This document shows, one piece after another, positions 48,367 to 57,380 of a DNA stretch of 64,000 nucleotides. How positions within the stretch are numbered: position 1 is the first letter of the stretch; each line of letters opens with the position of its first letter. A model generated the notes under the pieces. That model ran no database searches. It was not told where the DNA came from and saw nothing but the letters and a program-made list of their open reading frames with translations. The DNA comes from a bacterium (lineage in GTDB: Bacteria; UBA8248): positions 192,001 through 256,000 of the forward strand of contig OZ241875.1 in assembly GCA_965203325.1 (NCBI GenBank), written 5' to 3'. A program made the translations under genes and the position numbers.

Positions 48367-50490
48367 CTACCCCTCGGCAGATTCCGCCTCCACAGGCACC
48401 GGGGTTGCGAAATCCTTGGGCCGCATCAATTGCATGACGATCGAGGCGATCATCAGGGCAAGCCCCGTCGTCTTGTACCACATGCCGTTCCAGAACAGGG
48501 CGCAACCGGCAGCACCCATCAGGCACCGGTCGAACGTCGTCAGGATGCGCAGGAAATAGCCTTCCAGCGCCGCCGAGGTGCAGATGAAGCCCAGGGCCGC
48601 GCTCGCCCATACCAGGATGACCTGATCCCAGGGGCCGTTGATCAGGATCGGCGTGTAGGCCATCAGGAGCGGCACGACGTAGAGCGGCTTCGCCAGCTTG
48701 AGCGATATGAAGCCCGTGCGCATGGGGTCGCACTGCGCGACGCCCGCCGCCACGAACGCGCCTAGGGCGAAGGGCGGCGTGAGGGCCGCGTCCTGGCTCA
48801 GCCACAGGATGATCATGTGCGCGGTGAACATCGAGAGACCGAAGTCCATGAGCGCGGGGCCTGCGAGGATGGCGATGAGGATGTAGCTCGCCGTGATCGT
48901 CATCCCCATGCCCAGGATGTAGCTGGCGAGCGCCACCAGGGCCACGGCCAGCCAGAGCATGTTGTTCGAATAGGAAAGAATGATGGCCGTCATCTTCTGC
49001 GCCAGATCGGGATGCGTGACGCCGGTGAGCACCAGGCCCATGACGCCCGCCGTCGCGCCGATGACGAGTGAATTGACGGAACCCGTAACGAACGCGTCGC
49101 CGATTTCGGACATGATGCGCCGCGCCTCCTGGTGCCGCCACGACAGGAAGCAGCCGATCAGCACGTAGAGGTACACCGCGTCGCCGCCGTAGAGGATGCT
49201 CGCGACGAAAACGGCCGCCTGCACACCCAGCAGATACCAGCACTTCTGCTTGAACGTGCTCACCACCACCGAGGCGACGATGGCCCAGAAGCCCGCGAAA
49301 AACGGCGAGAACTGCAGGATGAGAAGCATGATGAGCAGCACGATGGGGAGTAGTAGTATCCCGTCTTTTCTCATCACGCCCCAGAAATCGGGCAGCTCTT
49401 CTTTCGAGAGGCCTTGCAGGTTGTTCTTACTCGCGTAGTAGTGGACCGACATGAAGACGGAAAGATAATAGAGCAGCGCGGGCACGAGGCTCACGAGCGC
49501 GACCTTGTAGTAGGGCGTCTCGGTCATCGCCGCGAGGATAAAAGCGGCCGACGCCATGATGGGCGGCATCAGGTGACCGCCGATGCTGGCCACCGCCTCG
49601 GTCGCCGCGGCGTAGGTGGCCCGGAAACCCCCGCGCTTCATGAGGGGGATGGTGAAGGTCCCGGTGATGACGATGTTCGCCGCCCCGCTGCCCACGATGG
49701 AGCCGACGAGGCCGCTCGACACGACGGCCGCCTTCGCCGCTCCGCCCTTGAAGCGGCCCACGAGCGCGAAGGCGAGATCGACGAACACGTCCCCCACCCG
49801 CGTGGCCTGGAGCAGCGCGCCGAATATCAGGAAGATGAAAACCACCTGCGCGTAGACGCGGGTGATGACCCCGTAGATGCCCGACTGGCTGTAGAGATAG
49901 CCCATCACGTAGCCGAACTCCGCGCCCTTATGCGAAAGCAGACCCGGGAATATCGGCCCCGCCCAGTCGTAGAACAGGAATACGACGGCGACGATGGGCA
50001 AGACGAGACCGAGCACGCGGCGGCACGTCTCCCAGACCAGGCATGCGGCGGCGAAGCCGAACACCACGTCGTTCCACTCCACGATGCCCGCCCGGGCGCC
50101 CCGGTCGTCATAGAAATACATGAACTCGCACATCACGACGAAACTCAGTACGCACCAGAGCACGTCGAAACCCGAGGGCCTGTCTTTCGGTGAACTCTCC
50201 CTGCATGGATAGAGCATAAAGGTGAGAACGGACGTAAGGCAGATGAATATGGGCAGGGAGAACTGTTCCCCGTAATACGGGATGTAGGGAAATTCGAGCA
50301 GCGCAAGTTTCATGCTTCTTGGGCCGAAGATGGTGAAGCTCCCGTTCACCGCGCCGAAGAGAAAATATGCGGCGAATATGAAGCCCACCACGCGCAGCGC
50401 CCAGAGGGAGTGGCCGCTCAGCGTCCTCGTCTTGGCGAGGCCCGCCCCGAGGAAACTACCGATTTTTTCCAAGACGCTGCGAAAACTCAA
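48367..50490 (-). CDS. TRAP transporter fused 4TM/12TM permease (TAXI type)
   Basis: GGAAKAAVVSS, GSGAAN..TGTFTIPLMK, EAVASIGG.LMPPIM, LGMGM, LTPP. Start TTG 50490 or GTG 50517. Confidence 0.9.
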   Translation of the reverse strand: MSFRSVLEKIGSFLGAGLAKTRTLSGHSLWALRVVGFIFAAYFLFGAVNGSFTIFGPRSMKLALLEFPYIPYYGEQFSLPIFICLTSVLTFMLYPCRESSPKDRPSGFDVLWCVLSFVVMCEFMYFYDDRGARAGIVEWNDVVFGFAAACLVWETCRRVLGLVLPIVAVVFLFYDWAGPIFPGLLSHKGAEFGYVMGYLYSQSGIYGVITRVYAQVVFIFLIFGALLQATRVGDVFVDLAFALVGRFKGGAAKAAVVSSGLVGSIVGSGAANIVITGTFTIPLMKRGGFRATYAAATEAVASIGGHLMPPIMASAAFILAAMTETPYYKVALVSLVPALLYYLSVFMSVHYYASKNNLQGLSKEELPDFWGVMRKDGILLLPIVLLIMLLILQFSPFFAGFWAIVASVVVSTFKQKCWYLLGVQAAVFVASILYGGDAVYLYVLIGCFLSWRHQEARRIMSEIGDAFVTGSVNSLVIGATAGVMGLVLTGVTHPDLAQKMTAIILSYSNNMLWLAVALVALASYILGMGMTITASYILIAILAGPALMDFGLSMFTAHMIILWLSQDAALTPPFALGAFVAAGVAQCDPMRTGFISLKLAKPLYVVPLLMAYTPILINGPWDQVILVWASAALGFICTSAALEGYFLRILTTFDRCLMGAAGCALFWNGMWYKTTGLALMIASIVMQLMRPKDFATPVPVEAESAEG

Positions 50491-50565
50491 TCTATGTTCC
50501 CCCGAGGGAAGTACCACGTTTCCGGCGAAGCATCCTCAACAAGAACGGATGCTTCGCTTGAACAT

Positions 50566-50599
50566 ACCGGCCGGGAGGAGAGCAAACCTCCCGGCCGGT
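50566..50599 (-). terminator. 13-bp perfect hairpin between the TAXI binding-protein and permease genes
   Basis: accggccgggagg-N8-cctcccggccggt; no clean U-tract, so a partial terminator or mRNA-stabilising stem. Confidence 0.55.
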
Positions 50600-50620
50600 G
50601 AAGACGCCTGGTTCTTTTTA

Positions 50621-51598
50621 CTAATTCGGCAGTTTGTAGCCGACTTCTTTCCAGTAACGCTCTGCGCCCGGATGCGCTTTCAGGTTGATGGCGGCCATCC
50701 CTTTCAGGTCCGGGGCCGTCACGAAGCCCGAAGCCCAGCCCTTGTGCACCTTGAGCAGGAACTCGCGGCCCTTCTTCGAGAAGTTGATGCGCGCCACTTC
50801 ATACACCACGTCGTTGGGCACGTTGCAGCCCACGATGGTCCACGCGGCGTAGCCGATGGTGGGCACCGGCTTGTCGACGCCGTTGTAAGCGTTCTTGACG
50901 ATGGTGGTATTGAAATAGGCCTTGTTCGACTTGAGGAGGCCGTCGCCCACTTTCCCGTCCACAGGTACGAGGGTGATGGGAAGCGAGGTCGCCAGCTTCA
51001 GGACGGCCGGAGAGGGAACCGGGTTCGGGATGGTGAATGCGTCGAGGCGGCCGTCTTTGACGGCATCGGCCGCCACGTTCCAGTTCAGGTTCTCCTCGCG
51101 CACCTTGATGCCGGCGAGCGCCACGATGGTTCGCGTCATGAAGTGCGTGCTGCTGCCCCGGCGCGCGAAGCTTACGCGTTTGCCGTTCAAGTCGGCGACC
51201 GTCTTGATGCCCGAGTCCTTCCGAACGGCGATGTGGAACTGCGAAACCGTGCCGGGTCCGAAGCCGCACACGTTCTTGTAGGGCTTCTTGAACATCTTCT
51301 TGCCCTTGAGCGCCAAATCCACGAGCGTGGCGACGCCCAGAGCGAACTCGGCCTTGCCGTTTTCGACCAGACGGATGTCTTCCACCGCGCCGCGTGTGGT
51401 GAGGTTGTTCATCTCGACGGTCTTCGATTCCTTGGACACCAGAGCCGCGAGGCCGCCCCAGATCACGTAGGCGGCGGCGCCGGGCCCGGCGCTGGCGACC
51501 GAGGTCTTGATGCGTGCGGCTTCGGCGCTCGAGAACGACAGGCCGACCGCCAGCGTGAAAGCGACTGCTGCAACCGCAGCGTTTTTCAGGTACTTCAT
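50621..51598 (-). CDS. TAXI-family TRAP solute-binding protein
   Basis: Signal peptide; TRGAVEDIRLV, IKTVADLNGKRVS, DGRLDAF, HPGAERYWKE; AAGGAGG RBS. Confidence 0.9.
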   Translation of the reverse strand: MKYLKNAAVAAVAFTLAVGLSFSSAEAARIKTSVASAGPGAAAYVIWGGLAALVSKESKTVEMNNLTTRGAVEDIRLVENGKAEFALGVATLVDLALKGKKMFKKPYKNVCGFGPGTVSQFHIAVRKDSGIKTVADLNGKRVSFARRGSSTHFMTRTIVALAGIKVREENLNWNVAADAVKDGRLDAFTIPNPVPSPAVLKLATSLPITLVPVDGKVGDGLLKSNKAYFNTTIVKNAYNGVDKPVPTIGYAAWTIVGCNVPNDVVYEVARINFSKKGREFLLKVHKGWASGFVTAPDLKGMAAINLKAHPGAERYWKEVGYKLPN

Positions 51599-51670
51599 CT
51601 GTTTCTCCTCCTTGGTGAATAGTGATGCCACGAAAAAACGATTCCCGGAATGCTTACCCAAATACGAGAA

Positions 51671-52159
51671 TCAGGAACTCTCCTCTTCTTCGCGAAACGT
51701 GTCGATGTCGCAATAGAGCTCGATGTAGTTTCCGTCCGGGTCGCAGAAATAAAAAGCGCGGTTCCCGCTGCCCGCCTCGAACCCGTCTCCCTCGGGGCCG
51801 TGCACCAGGGGGCCGTATTCGATCTTGACGCCGCACTCTTTCACGTGCCGAAGCGCCTTGAGCCACTCTCCCCGGTCCGGCAACTCAAAAGCGACGTGCT
51901 GAAACCCCGGTTTGGCCTCCGCCATGGAATTGCCCGATTCGGGATACAGCCCCGGGGCATCCTCCGGGGCCTGGAAGAATACGACCTCATGATGGGTGAC
52001 GTCGCATCTTAAAAATACGGAAGCCCCGCCCGGCACCTTCGCGCCCGGCCCACTCCTGCTCGTTACCCGGAAGCCCAGCACGCGCGTGTAGAAATCCTCC
52101 ATCCGGTCCAGGTCTTTGGTCCAGAACCCGACGTGCCCTATTTTCGTCGTCTTGAACAT
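51671..52159 (-). CDS. VOC/glyoxalase-family protein
   Basis: IGHVGF..DLDRMEDFY, HHEV, FQHVAF, YFCDPDGNYIELY. Confidence 0.88.
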   Translation of the reverse strand: MFKTTKIGHVGFWTKDLDRMEDFYTRVLGFRVTSRSGPGAKVPGGASVFLRCDVTHHEVVFFQAPEDAPGLYPESGNSMAEAKPGFQHVAFELPDRGEWLKALRHVKECGVKIEYGPLVHGPEGDGFEAGSGNRAFYFCDPDGNYIELYCDIDTFREEEESS

Positions 52160-52333
52160 AAAAACCGGTTCACCATCGGCAGAGGCGTTGGAGGGAAAAT
52201 GAATGGAATAGTCCCGCCTTCTCGTCCTCGCAACCACCCCTTGAATTAAAATTCCCGTATGACGAAACCTTAAACCATACCGCAGGACAAAAAGCAAGAA
52301 ACCTCACGGCCTCGGCTCAGAAACGAAACTCAA

Positions 52334-52443
52334 GGGGTTGTTGAAAAAGTCTCTCAAGTGATGCGCAAGGGTGTAGGGGTCGCATACATGCGACCCTGCA
52401 TTTTTCGCCTCCCGGCGATGGGCCGCATGTATGCGGCCCCTAC
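52334..52443. repeat. Left end of a composite element plus a GTAG-type REP doublet
   Basis: ggggttgttgaaaaagtc (52334), then GTAGGGGTCGCATACATGCGACCC...GGGCCGCATGTATGCGGCCCCTAC (52373-52443); no clear right end. Confidence 0.65.
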
Positions 52444-52562
52444 AAAAGAGCATGCCCCCACCACATCAGCCTCCGCACAAACCGCTCGGTTTCTGCTCCA
52501 ATCCCTCATTCCTCAATCGGAATTGACCCTCAAGGGGCAGGGGCTGTATGACTGAGACGGCG

Positions 52563-53927
52563 TCAATCTTGCGTTTCGACATCCGGAAACTCCGCGACCC
52601 AGCCCAGTTCCGCCTCGCACCAGCGGGCGGCGGAGAGAAGCGCGGCCTCCCCGAAGCGGCGCCCGCCCAGTTGAATCCCGATGGGCAGATTCTCATCCCC
52701 CCGGCCTACCGGGAGGGAAATGGCCGGAAACCCGATTTGCGTGAACGGCTCGTTGAACAGGGCGTTTCCGGTGGATTCCTCGGCGATGGGGGGGCGCTCC
52801 ACGTGGGAGGGCAGGATGACGAGGTCGAATCCCCGGAAGAAATCCGCCATCCGCTGAATGAAGCGCGCGCGAAAGCGCAGGGCGTTCACGTAGTGAACCG
52901 CAGGCGTCATCAGGCCCGTCGAGATATTTTTTCGAATCTGGGAAGCATAGGCGTCCTGATTCTCCAGGAACATCGCCTCGTGATAGGCGGCCGCCTCCAC
53001 GCGCATGATGATGCGGTGCGCCGCGTGCATCTCGTCCACGTCCACCGGCAGCTTCGCCTCCTCTACCTCCACGCCATTGGTCTTGAGACTCGCCACGCAC
53101 TCCTCCATTCGCTCGGCCACCTCTTCGCTCGCGTGGGGGAGGAGATCCTCTTTCCAGAAACAAACGCGTTCCGGCTTCACTGGTGCGGAGGCCTCGGCGT
53201 AATCGGGCACGGCGACGTCGGGCGCCTGGGCGTCGACCCCGTCCGCGCCTGAGATGGCCGTGAGCACGCGCGCCGCATCCTCGGAACACCGGGTGATGAC
53301 GCCCACGTGGTCCAGATTCCACGACACCGTGATCAGCCCGCTTCTGGGGATACGACCGTAGGTGGGCTTGAGCCCCACCACGCCGCAAAACGCGGCAGGC
53401 CGCAAGGTCGAACCGCCCGTCTGGCTCCCCAGGGCCGCCGGTACCATCCCGACGGCCACCGCCGCCGCGGAGCCGCTGCTCGAACCGCCGGGGCTATGCT
53501 TCAGGTTCCACGGATTCCGCGTTTCCGAAGGGTCGGAGGTGGCGAACTGCGTGGTGACCGTCTTGCCGAGGCAGATTACGCCCGCATTTTTCAGGCGCGT
53601 CGTGACGGTGGCGTCCCCATCCGCTATTTGGCCTTTCAACAGCGGAGAGTTCGCCTCGCGCGGCAGGCCGGCGACATCCACGATGTCCTTGTAGCCGATG
53701 GCGGCGCCCCCGAGCGGCCCGTTCCCCTCACTGTTCGCGAGTCGCTCGTCAACCGCCTTCGCTTCTGCGAGCGCGCCCTCCCCCGCCACGTGCGCCCACG
53801 CCAGGATTTTACCCTCCAGCGCGTCGATCCGCTCCAGCAAAGAGCGCGTCCATTCAGAGGCGGACAAACCGCCTTCATTGATTTTTTTCAATCCATCCGA
53901 GAGGCTCAAGCGCCAAGGTTCATTCAT
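52563..53927 (-). CDS. Amidase-signature family amidase
   Basis: Lys-cisSer-Ser triad context: YKD, PGGSSSGSAAAVA, GSQTGGS.LRPAAFCG, GLKPTYG. Confidence 0.92.
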   Translation of the reverse strand: MNEPWRLSLSDGLKKINEGGLSASEWTRSLLERIDALEGKILAWAHVAGEGALAEAKAVDERLANSEGNGPLGGAAIGYKDIVDVAGLPREANSPLLKGQIADGDATVTTRLKNAGVICLGKTVTTQFATSDPSETRNPWNLKHSPGGSSSGSAAAVAVGMVPAALGSQTGGSTLRPAAFCGVVGLKPTYGRIPRSGLITVSWNLDHVGVITRCSEDAARVLTAISGADGVDAQAPDVAVPDYAEASAPVKPERVCFWKEDLLPHASEEVAERMEECVASLKTNGVEVEEAKLPVDVDEMHAAHRIIMRVEAAAYHEAMFLENQDAYASQIRKNISTGLMTPAVHYVNALRFRARFIQRMADFFRGFDLVILPSHVERPPIAEESTGNALFNEPFTQIGFPAISLPVGRGDENLPIGIQLGGRRFGEAALLSAARWCEAELGWVAEFPDVETQD

Positions 53928-53963
53928 TTTTCACTCCCTTGCTTTCCTATCACTCAACATGGT

Positions 53964-54137
53964 TTATCTATCCAGTTCTTCGAGTTTCTCCAGTATTTCG
54001 AGCAGATGGGGTTTTCCCCCCGCCGGCGGCCGCCAGCGCACCTGCGTCACGGCCACGTTCTGGTCTCTCAGTGCATCCGCGAAAATCTCGAGACCCAGAT
54101 TCACGACCCGAAGCGGTTTCCGGCGCAAGTCTTTCAT
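53964..54137 (-). CDS. Small FdrA-associated protein (57 aa)
   Basis: MKDLRRKPLRVVNLGLEIFADALRDQNVAVTQVRWRPPAGG...; ATGA overlap with the fdrA stop; below the ORF-track cutoff. Confidence 0.8.
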   Translation of the reverse strand: MKDLRRKPLRVVNLGLEIFADALRDQNVAVTQVRWRPPAGGKPHLLEILEKLEELDR

Positions 54138-55630
54138 GATCCATCGCCTTCGAGTAACTCTGGCCGCACCACAGCGGCGGCGAAGCGCGCCGCCTGCGCG
54201 TTCGAAGGCAGCACGGCTACACCGGCGTCCTCGAGGATCCGCACTTGCTCGTCCAGGCCTTGCGGGTCGTCCGCCGTCCCCACCACGGAGGCGACGAACA
54301 GCGGACTCCTGTCTTTGCCTCTGGCCTCTTTTATCGCCCGCACCAGCGGACCCGCCGGGTCCTGTGCGCTCCCTCTGCCCAGCACCAAATCAAGCAAGAC
54401 CACGCCGAAGCCTTCCGCCTCCAGGATCGCCTCCGCGCGGGATTCCGGGTCGACCATGGGATGGGGCTTGCCGACCGTGTAGCGGTCATCGCCCAGGTCG
54501 AGAATCCGGTGGCGACCCGCATCCTCGTTCCAGGAAACTTCTCCGAGCAGGGATTCGAGAATCAGACGGCTCTCATGGGCGAGCGTACCGCCCGAGAACA
54601 GCCCCAAAACGCCCCCGCCGCCCGGCGCGTCGCCCGGCTCCAGGGAGACAATTTTCTCTTTCAGCCCTGCTTGCGCAAAGAAATTTTCAGGTTCGTAGCT
54701 CTCCCCTTTCAGGATCGCCGCCACGGCGTGGCCCGCATCTTCCAGAGTCTCCGCCCAGCCCGGTTTTTCCGCACCCAAAAAGCAGACAACGTGCGGTTTG
54801 TCGAAGTTTTCGAGCGCCTCTTCGATTTCAGGCAGCACCTCCGGGTCGGGCGGCTTGGATATGAGCGCCACAATTTCCGTTTCCGGATCGTCCGACAGGA
54901 AATCGAGCGCATGGAGCGTCATCAGCCCGCCGACTTCCGCGGACAAATCGCGTCCGCCCACGCCGATTCCGTGGGAAATCCCCTCGCCCAGGGCATCGAG
55001 TTGAGAGGCCACGGCTTGCAAGCCCGTGCCGGAGGCGGCGATGCAGCCCACACGCCCCGGCTTCACGGCGTTGGCGAAGCCGAGTCCGATTCCTGCGATG
55101 TACGCCGTTCCGCAGTCGGGGCCCATCAGGAGCAAATCGCGCTCGATGGCCTCCCGCTTGAGCGCCACTTCGTCATCCACCGATACGTTGTCGCTGAAGA
55201 GGAACACGTGGAGCCCGGCCCGCAGGGCGTCCATGGCTTCTTTCGCGGCATGGGCGCCGGGTATGGAGATAACCGCCAGGTTGGATTCGGGCGCTGCGGC
55301 GAGCGCACCCGCCAGACTCGACGGCGAAAAATCACTCGCGCCGCCATCCCCGACCCGCGCTTGCTTGAGAAAGGCTTTCGCCTCCTCGATCGCCTCGAAT
55401 GCCAGCGCTTGCGAATCCGCCTCCACGGCCAGCACCAGATCGTTCGGCCCGGCCTCGACCTCGTTCTCTTCGGCCAGTCCCGCCTGAAGCATGATCTCCT
55501 GATTCGCGGGCGTGCCCATGAGCGCCGCGACTTCCGAGATGCCCCTCTTCTTGCGAATCTCGCGCGCCAGGCGCATGAGTTTTACGGAATCCTGATAAAA
55601 CGAAGGCAGTACGGCCCTTGCGAGCGGCAA
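54134..55630 (-). CDS. fdrA: FdrA-family acyl-CoA synthetase-like protein
   Basis: YQDSVKLM, MGTPAN, FLFSDNV, MGPDCGT, ASGTGLQ, GVGGRDLS, ISKPP, DLGDDRYTVGKPHPMVDP. Confidence 0.88.
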   Translation of the reverse strand: MPLARAVLPSFYQDSVKLMRLAREIRKKRGISEVAALMGTPANQEIMLQAGLAEENEVEAGPNDLVLAVEADSQALAFEAIEEAKAFLKQARVGDGGASDFSPSSLAGALAAAPESNLAVISIPGAHAAKEAMDALRAGLHVFLFSDNVSVDDEVALKREAIERDLLLMGPDCGTAYIAGIGLGFANAVKPGRVGCIAASGTGLQAVASQLDALGEGISHGIGVGGRDLSAEVGGLMTLHALDFLSDDPETEIVALISKPPDPEVLPEIEEALENFDKPHVVCFLGAEKPGWAETLEDAGHAVAAILKGESYEPENFFAQAGLKEKIVSLEPGDAPGGGGVLGLFSGGTLAHESRLILESLLGEVSWNEDAGRHRILDLGDDRYTVGKPHPMVDPESRAEAILEAEGFGVVLLDLVLGRGSAQDPAGPLVRAIKEARGKDRSPLFVASVVGTADDPQGLDEQVRILEDAGVAVLPSNAQAARFAAAVVRPELLEGDGS

Positions 55631-55631
55631 T

Positions 55632-55817
55632 TTATTTCGTTTCTTCGGCGGGTGGAGTGAAAGGCTCCAGCGTTTTCTCGAGTGAGGCGGACGACAGCGT
55701 CTGCATCATTTCCGCCACCTCATCGGCGAATCCGGCGATGCGTTCTTCATCTTCCAAGCCGAAGACATCCCGCCCCACCCTCACGAGTTGTGCGGCGACC
55801 TCTGATTTTTCATTCAT
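55632..55817 (-). CDS. Small acidic hypothetical protein (61 aa)
   Basis: ATG overlaps the ubiX stop and the stop lies 1 nt before the fdrA start; MNEKSEVAAQLVRVGRDVFGL...LEPFTPPAEETK. Confidence 0.7.
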   Translation of the reverse strand: MNEKSEVAAQLVRVGRDVFGLEDEERIAGFADEVAEMMQTLSSASLEKTLEPFTPPAEETK

Positions 55818-56428
55818 TCGCTCGTTTCTCCCTCGGTTCTCGACGATAAAGTCTTTCGCTCCGGGTGCTGGCCCCGCCACTGCTCGAAGAGGTTCTGCTC
55901 CAGCCCCAGGCAGGTGAGCGTCTTGCCCACCACGTGATCGATCAAGTCCTCCATCGTCTGCGGCTTGAAATAGAACCCCGGCGACGCAGGCAGGATGAAT
56001 ACGCCCATCAGGGCGAGCTTGTGCATGTTCTCCAGATGAACCGCCGAGAGCGGCATCTCGCGCGGCAGGAGAACGAGTTTTTTCTGCTCCTTGAGCATCA
56101 CGTCCGCCGCGCGGCAGATGAGGTTCTCCCCCGTGCCGGTGGCTATCTGACCGAGCGTCTTGAGCGAGCAAGGCGCAATCACCATCGCGTCGAAGCCTGC
56201 GCTCCCGCTCGCGGGCCTTGCGCCGATGTCGCTTTCGGGATGAACGACGCTCGCCCAGGAAGAGAGGCGGGCCAGGTCCACGTCCGTCTCGTAGGCCAGT
56301 ACGCGGACCCCCGCCTTGGAGACGACGAGGTGCGTCTCCACTTCGGGATACGCGTCGTGCAAGACTTCCATGAGGCGCACGCCGTAAATCGAACCGGAAG
56401 CGCCCGTAACACCCACCACCAGCTTCAT
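55814..56428 (-). CDS. ubiX: Flavin prenyltransferase UbiX
   Basis: GVTGASGSIYG, ASGS, IAPCSLKTL, RAADVMLKE, PREMPL, PASPGFY. Confidence 0.93.
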   Translation of the reverse strand: MKLVVGVTGASGSIYGVRLMEVLHDAYPEVETHLVVSKAGVRVLAYETDVDLARLSSWASVVHPESDIGARPASGSAGFDAMVIAPCSLKTLGQIATGTGENLICRAADVMLKEQKKLVLLPREMPLSAVHLENMHKLALMGVFILPASPGFYFKPQTMEDLIDHVVGKTLTCLGLEQNLFEQWRGQHPERKTLSSRTEGETSE

Positions 56429-56453
56429 CGGAAAACTCCAGTTTCAAGCAAAC

Positions 56454-57344
56454 CTACAAGCGCGTCTTCGCGATCTTCTCGTAGTCACGATACAACAAGG
56501 TAAAATCTTTTTCGATCATCCCGCGCTTGACGGCTTTTTCCAGAAACGCGAGCGTGGCTTCCCCGTGTTCGGTATGCGCCCTGTGCTTCTCGCCCATCTT
56601 CACGGCCATGCCGACGTCCTTGATCATGTTGTAGACGCGCGATTTGCCGTCCCACTTTTCGGACAGTATGTGGTTCGGAAAACGGAACTGGCTCGCGTAG
56701 CTCCGCGCGTTCGAGACGTTGAACACGTCGATCATGTCCTCGACCTTGAGGCCCACCCGCTCGGCGAGCTTTCCTCCCTCGCAGGTCGCCATGAAGATGG
56801 AATGGCAGACCATGTTGTGAATCAACTTCATGGCGTGGCCCGCGCCGCTCTCGCCCAGATAGAAGAGGTTATCCGCGATGGGGGTCAAAAATCGCTTCGT
56901 GCGGCGATATGCCCGTTCGTCCCCGCCTATCATGAGCGTGAGCGTTCCTGCGGCGGCGCCCGTCGCGCCGCCGCTCATGCCGGCGTCGAGAAACGCCACC
57001 CCCTTCACCTTCGCGCGCCGGGCGATCTTCCGGCTCACAGCGGGGTCCGAACTCGTGAAGTCGTAGATCACGAGGTTCTTTCGCGCGTTCGCCAGAACGC
57101 CCCCTCTTCCCTTGAGAGCCTCCTCGATTTCGGGCGAACCGGGCACCACGAAGATGATGACGCTCGCCTGCCCGGCCATCTCGCCCGGGTCGAGAATTTC
57201 AACGCCCCGTTTTCTCTCCCACGGCTTTCGCGCCTCAGGGGCCACGTCCCAGACCATCAAGGGGATTTTCGCCTTGTGCAGATTCCCTGCGACGCCGCGC
57301 CCCATGTTCCCCAAGCCGACCACGCCTACCTTCGCCTGCGCCAT
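56454..57344 (-). CDS. Beta-hydroxyacid dehydrogenase family protein
   Basis: GVVGLGNMG, LDAGMSGG, GTLTLMIGG, MKLIHN. Confidence 0.88.
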   Translation of the reverse strand: MAQAKVGVVGLGNMGRGVAGNLHKAKIPLMVWDVAPEARKPWERKRGVEILDPGEMAGQASVIIFVVPGSPEIEEALKGRGGVLANARKNLVIYDFTSSDPAVSRKIARRAKVKGVAFLDAGMSGGATGAAAGTLTLMIGGDERAYRRTKRFLTPIADNLFYLGESGAGHAMKLIHNMVCHSIFMATCEGGKLAERVGLKVEDMIDVFNVSNARSYASQFRFPNHILSEKWDGKSRVYNMIKDVGMAVKMGEKHRAHTEHGEATLAFLEKAVKRGMIEKDFTLLYRDYEKIAKTRL

Positions 57345-57380
57345 ATCCTGGTTCCTCTCCTTCCTGTATCTACCCGCCGT

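Noticed and set aside
47762..49243. Long track ORFs crossing repeat clusters or antisense to real genes (for example 47762-49243, 40519-42501, 27656-29158, 56565-58199)
   Set aside because: These are shadow frames typical of high-GC DNA. They have no motifs and overlap well-supported genes.
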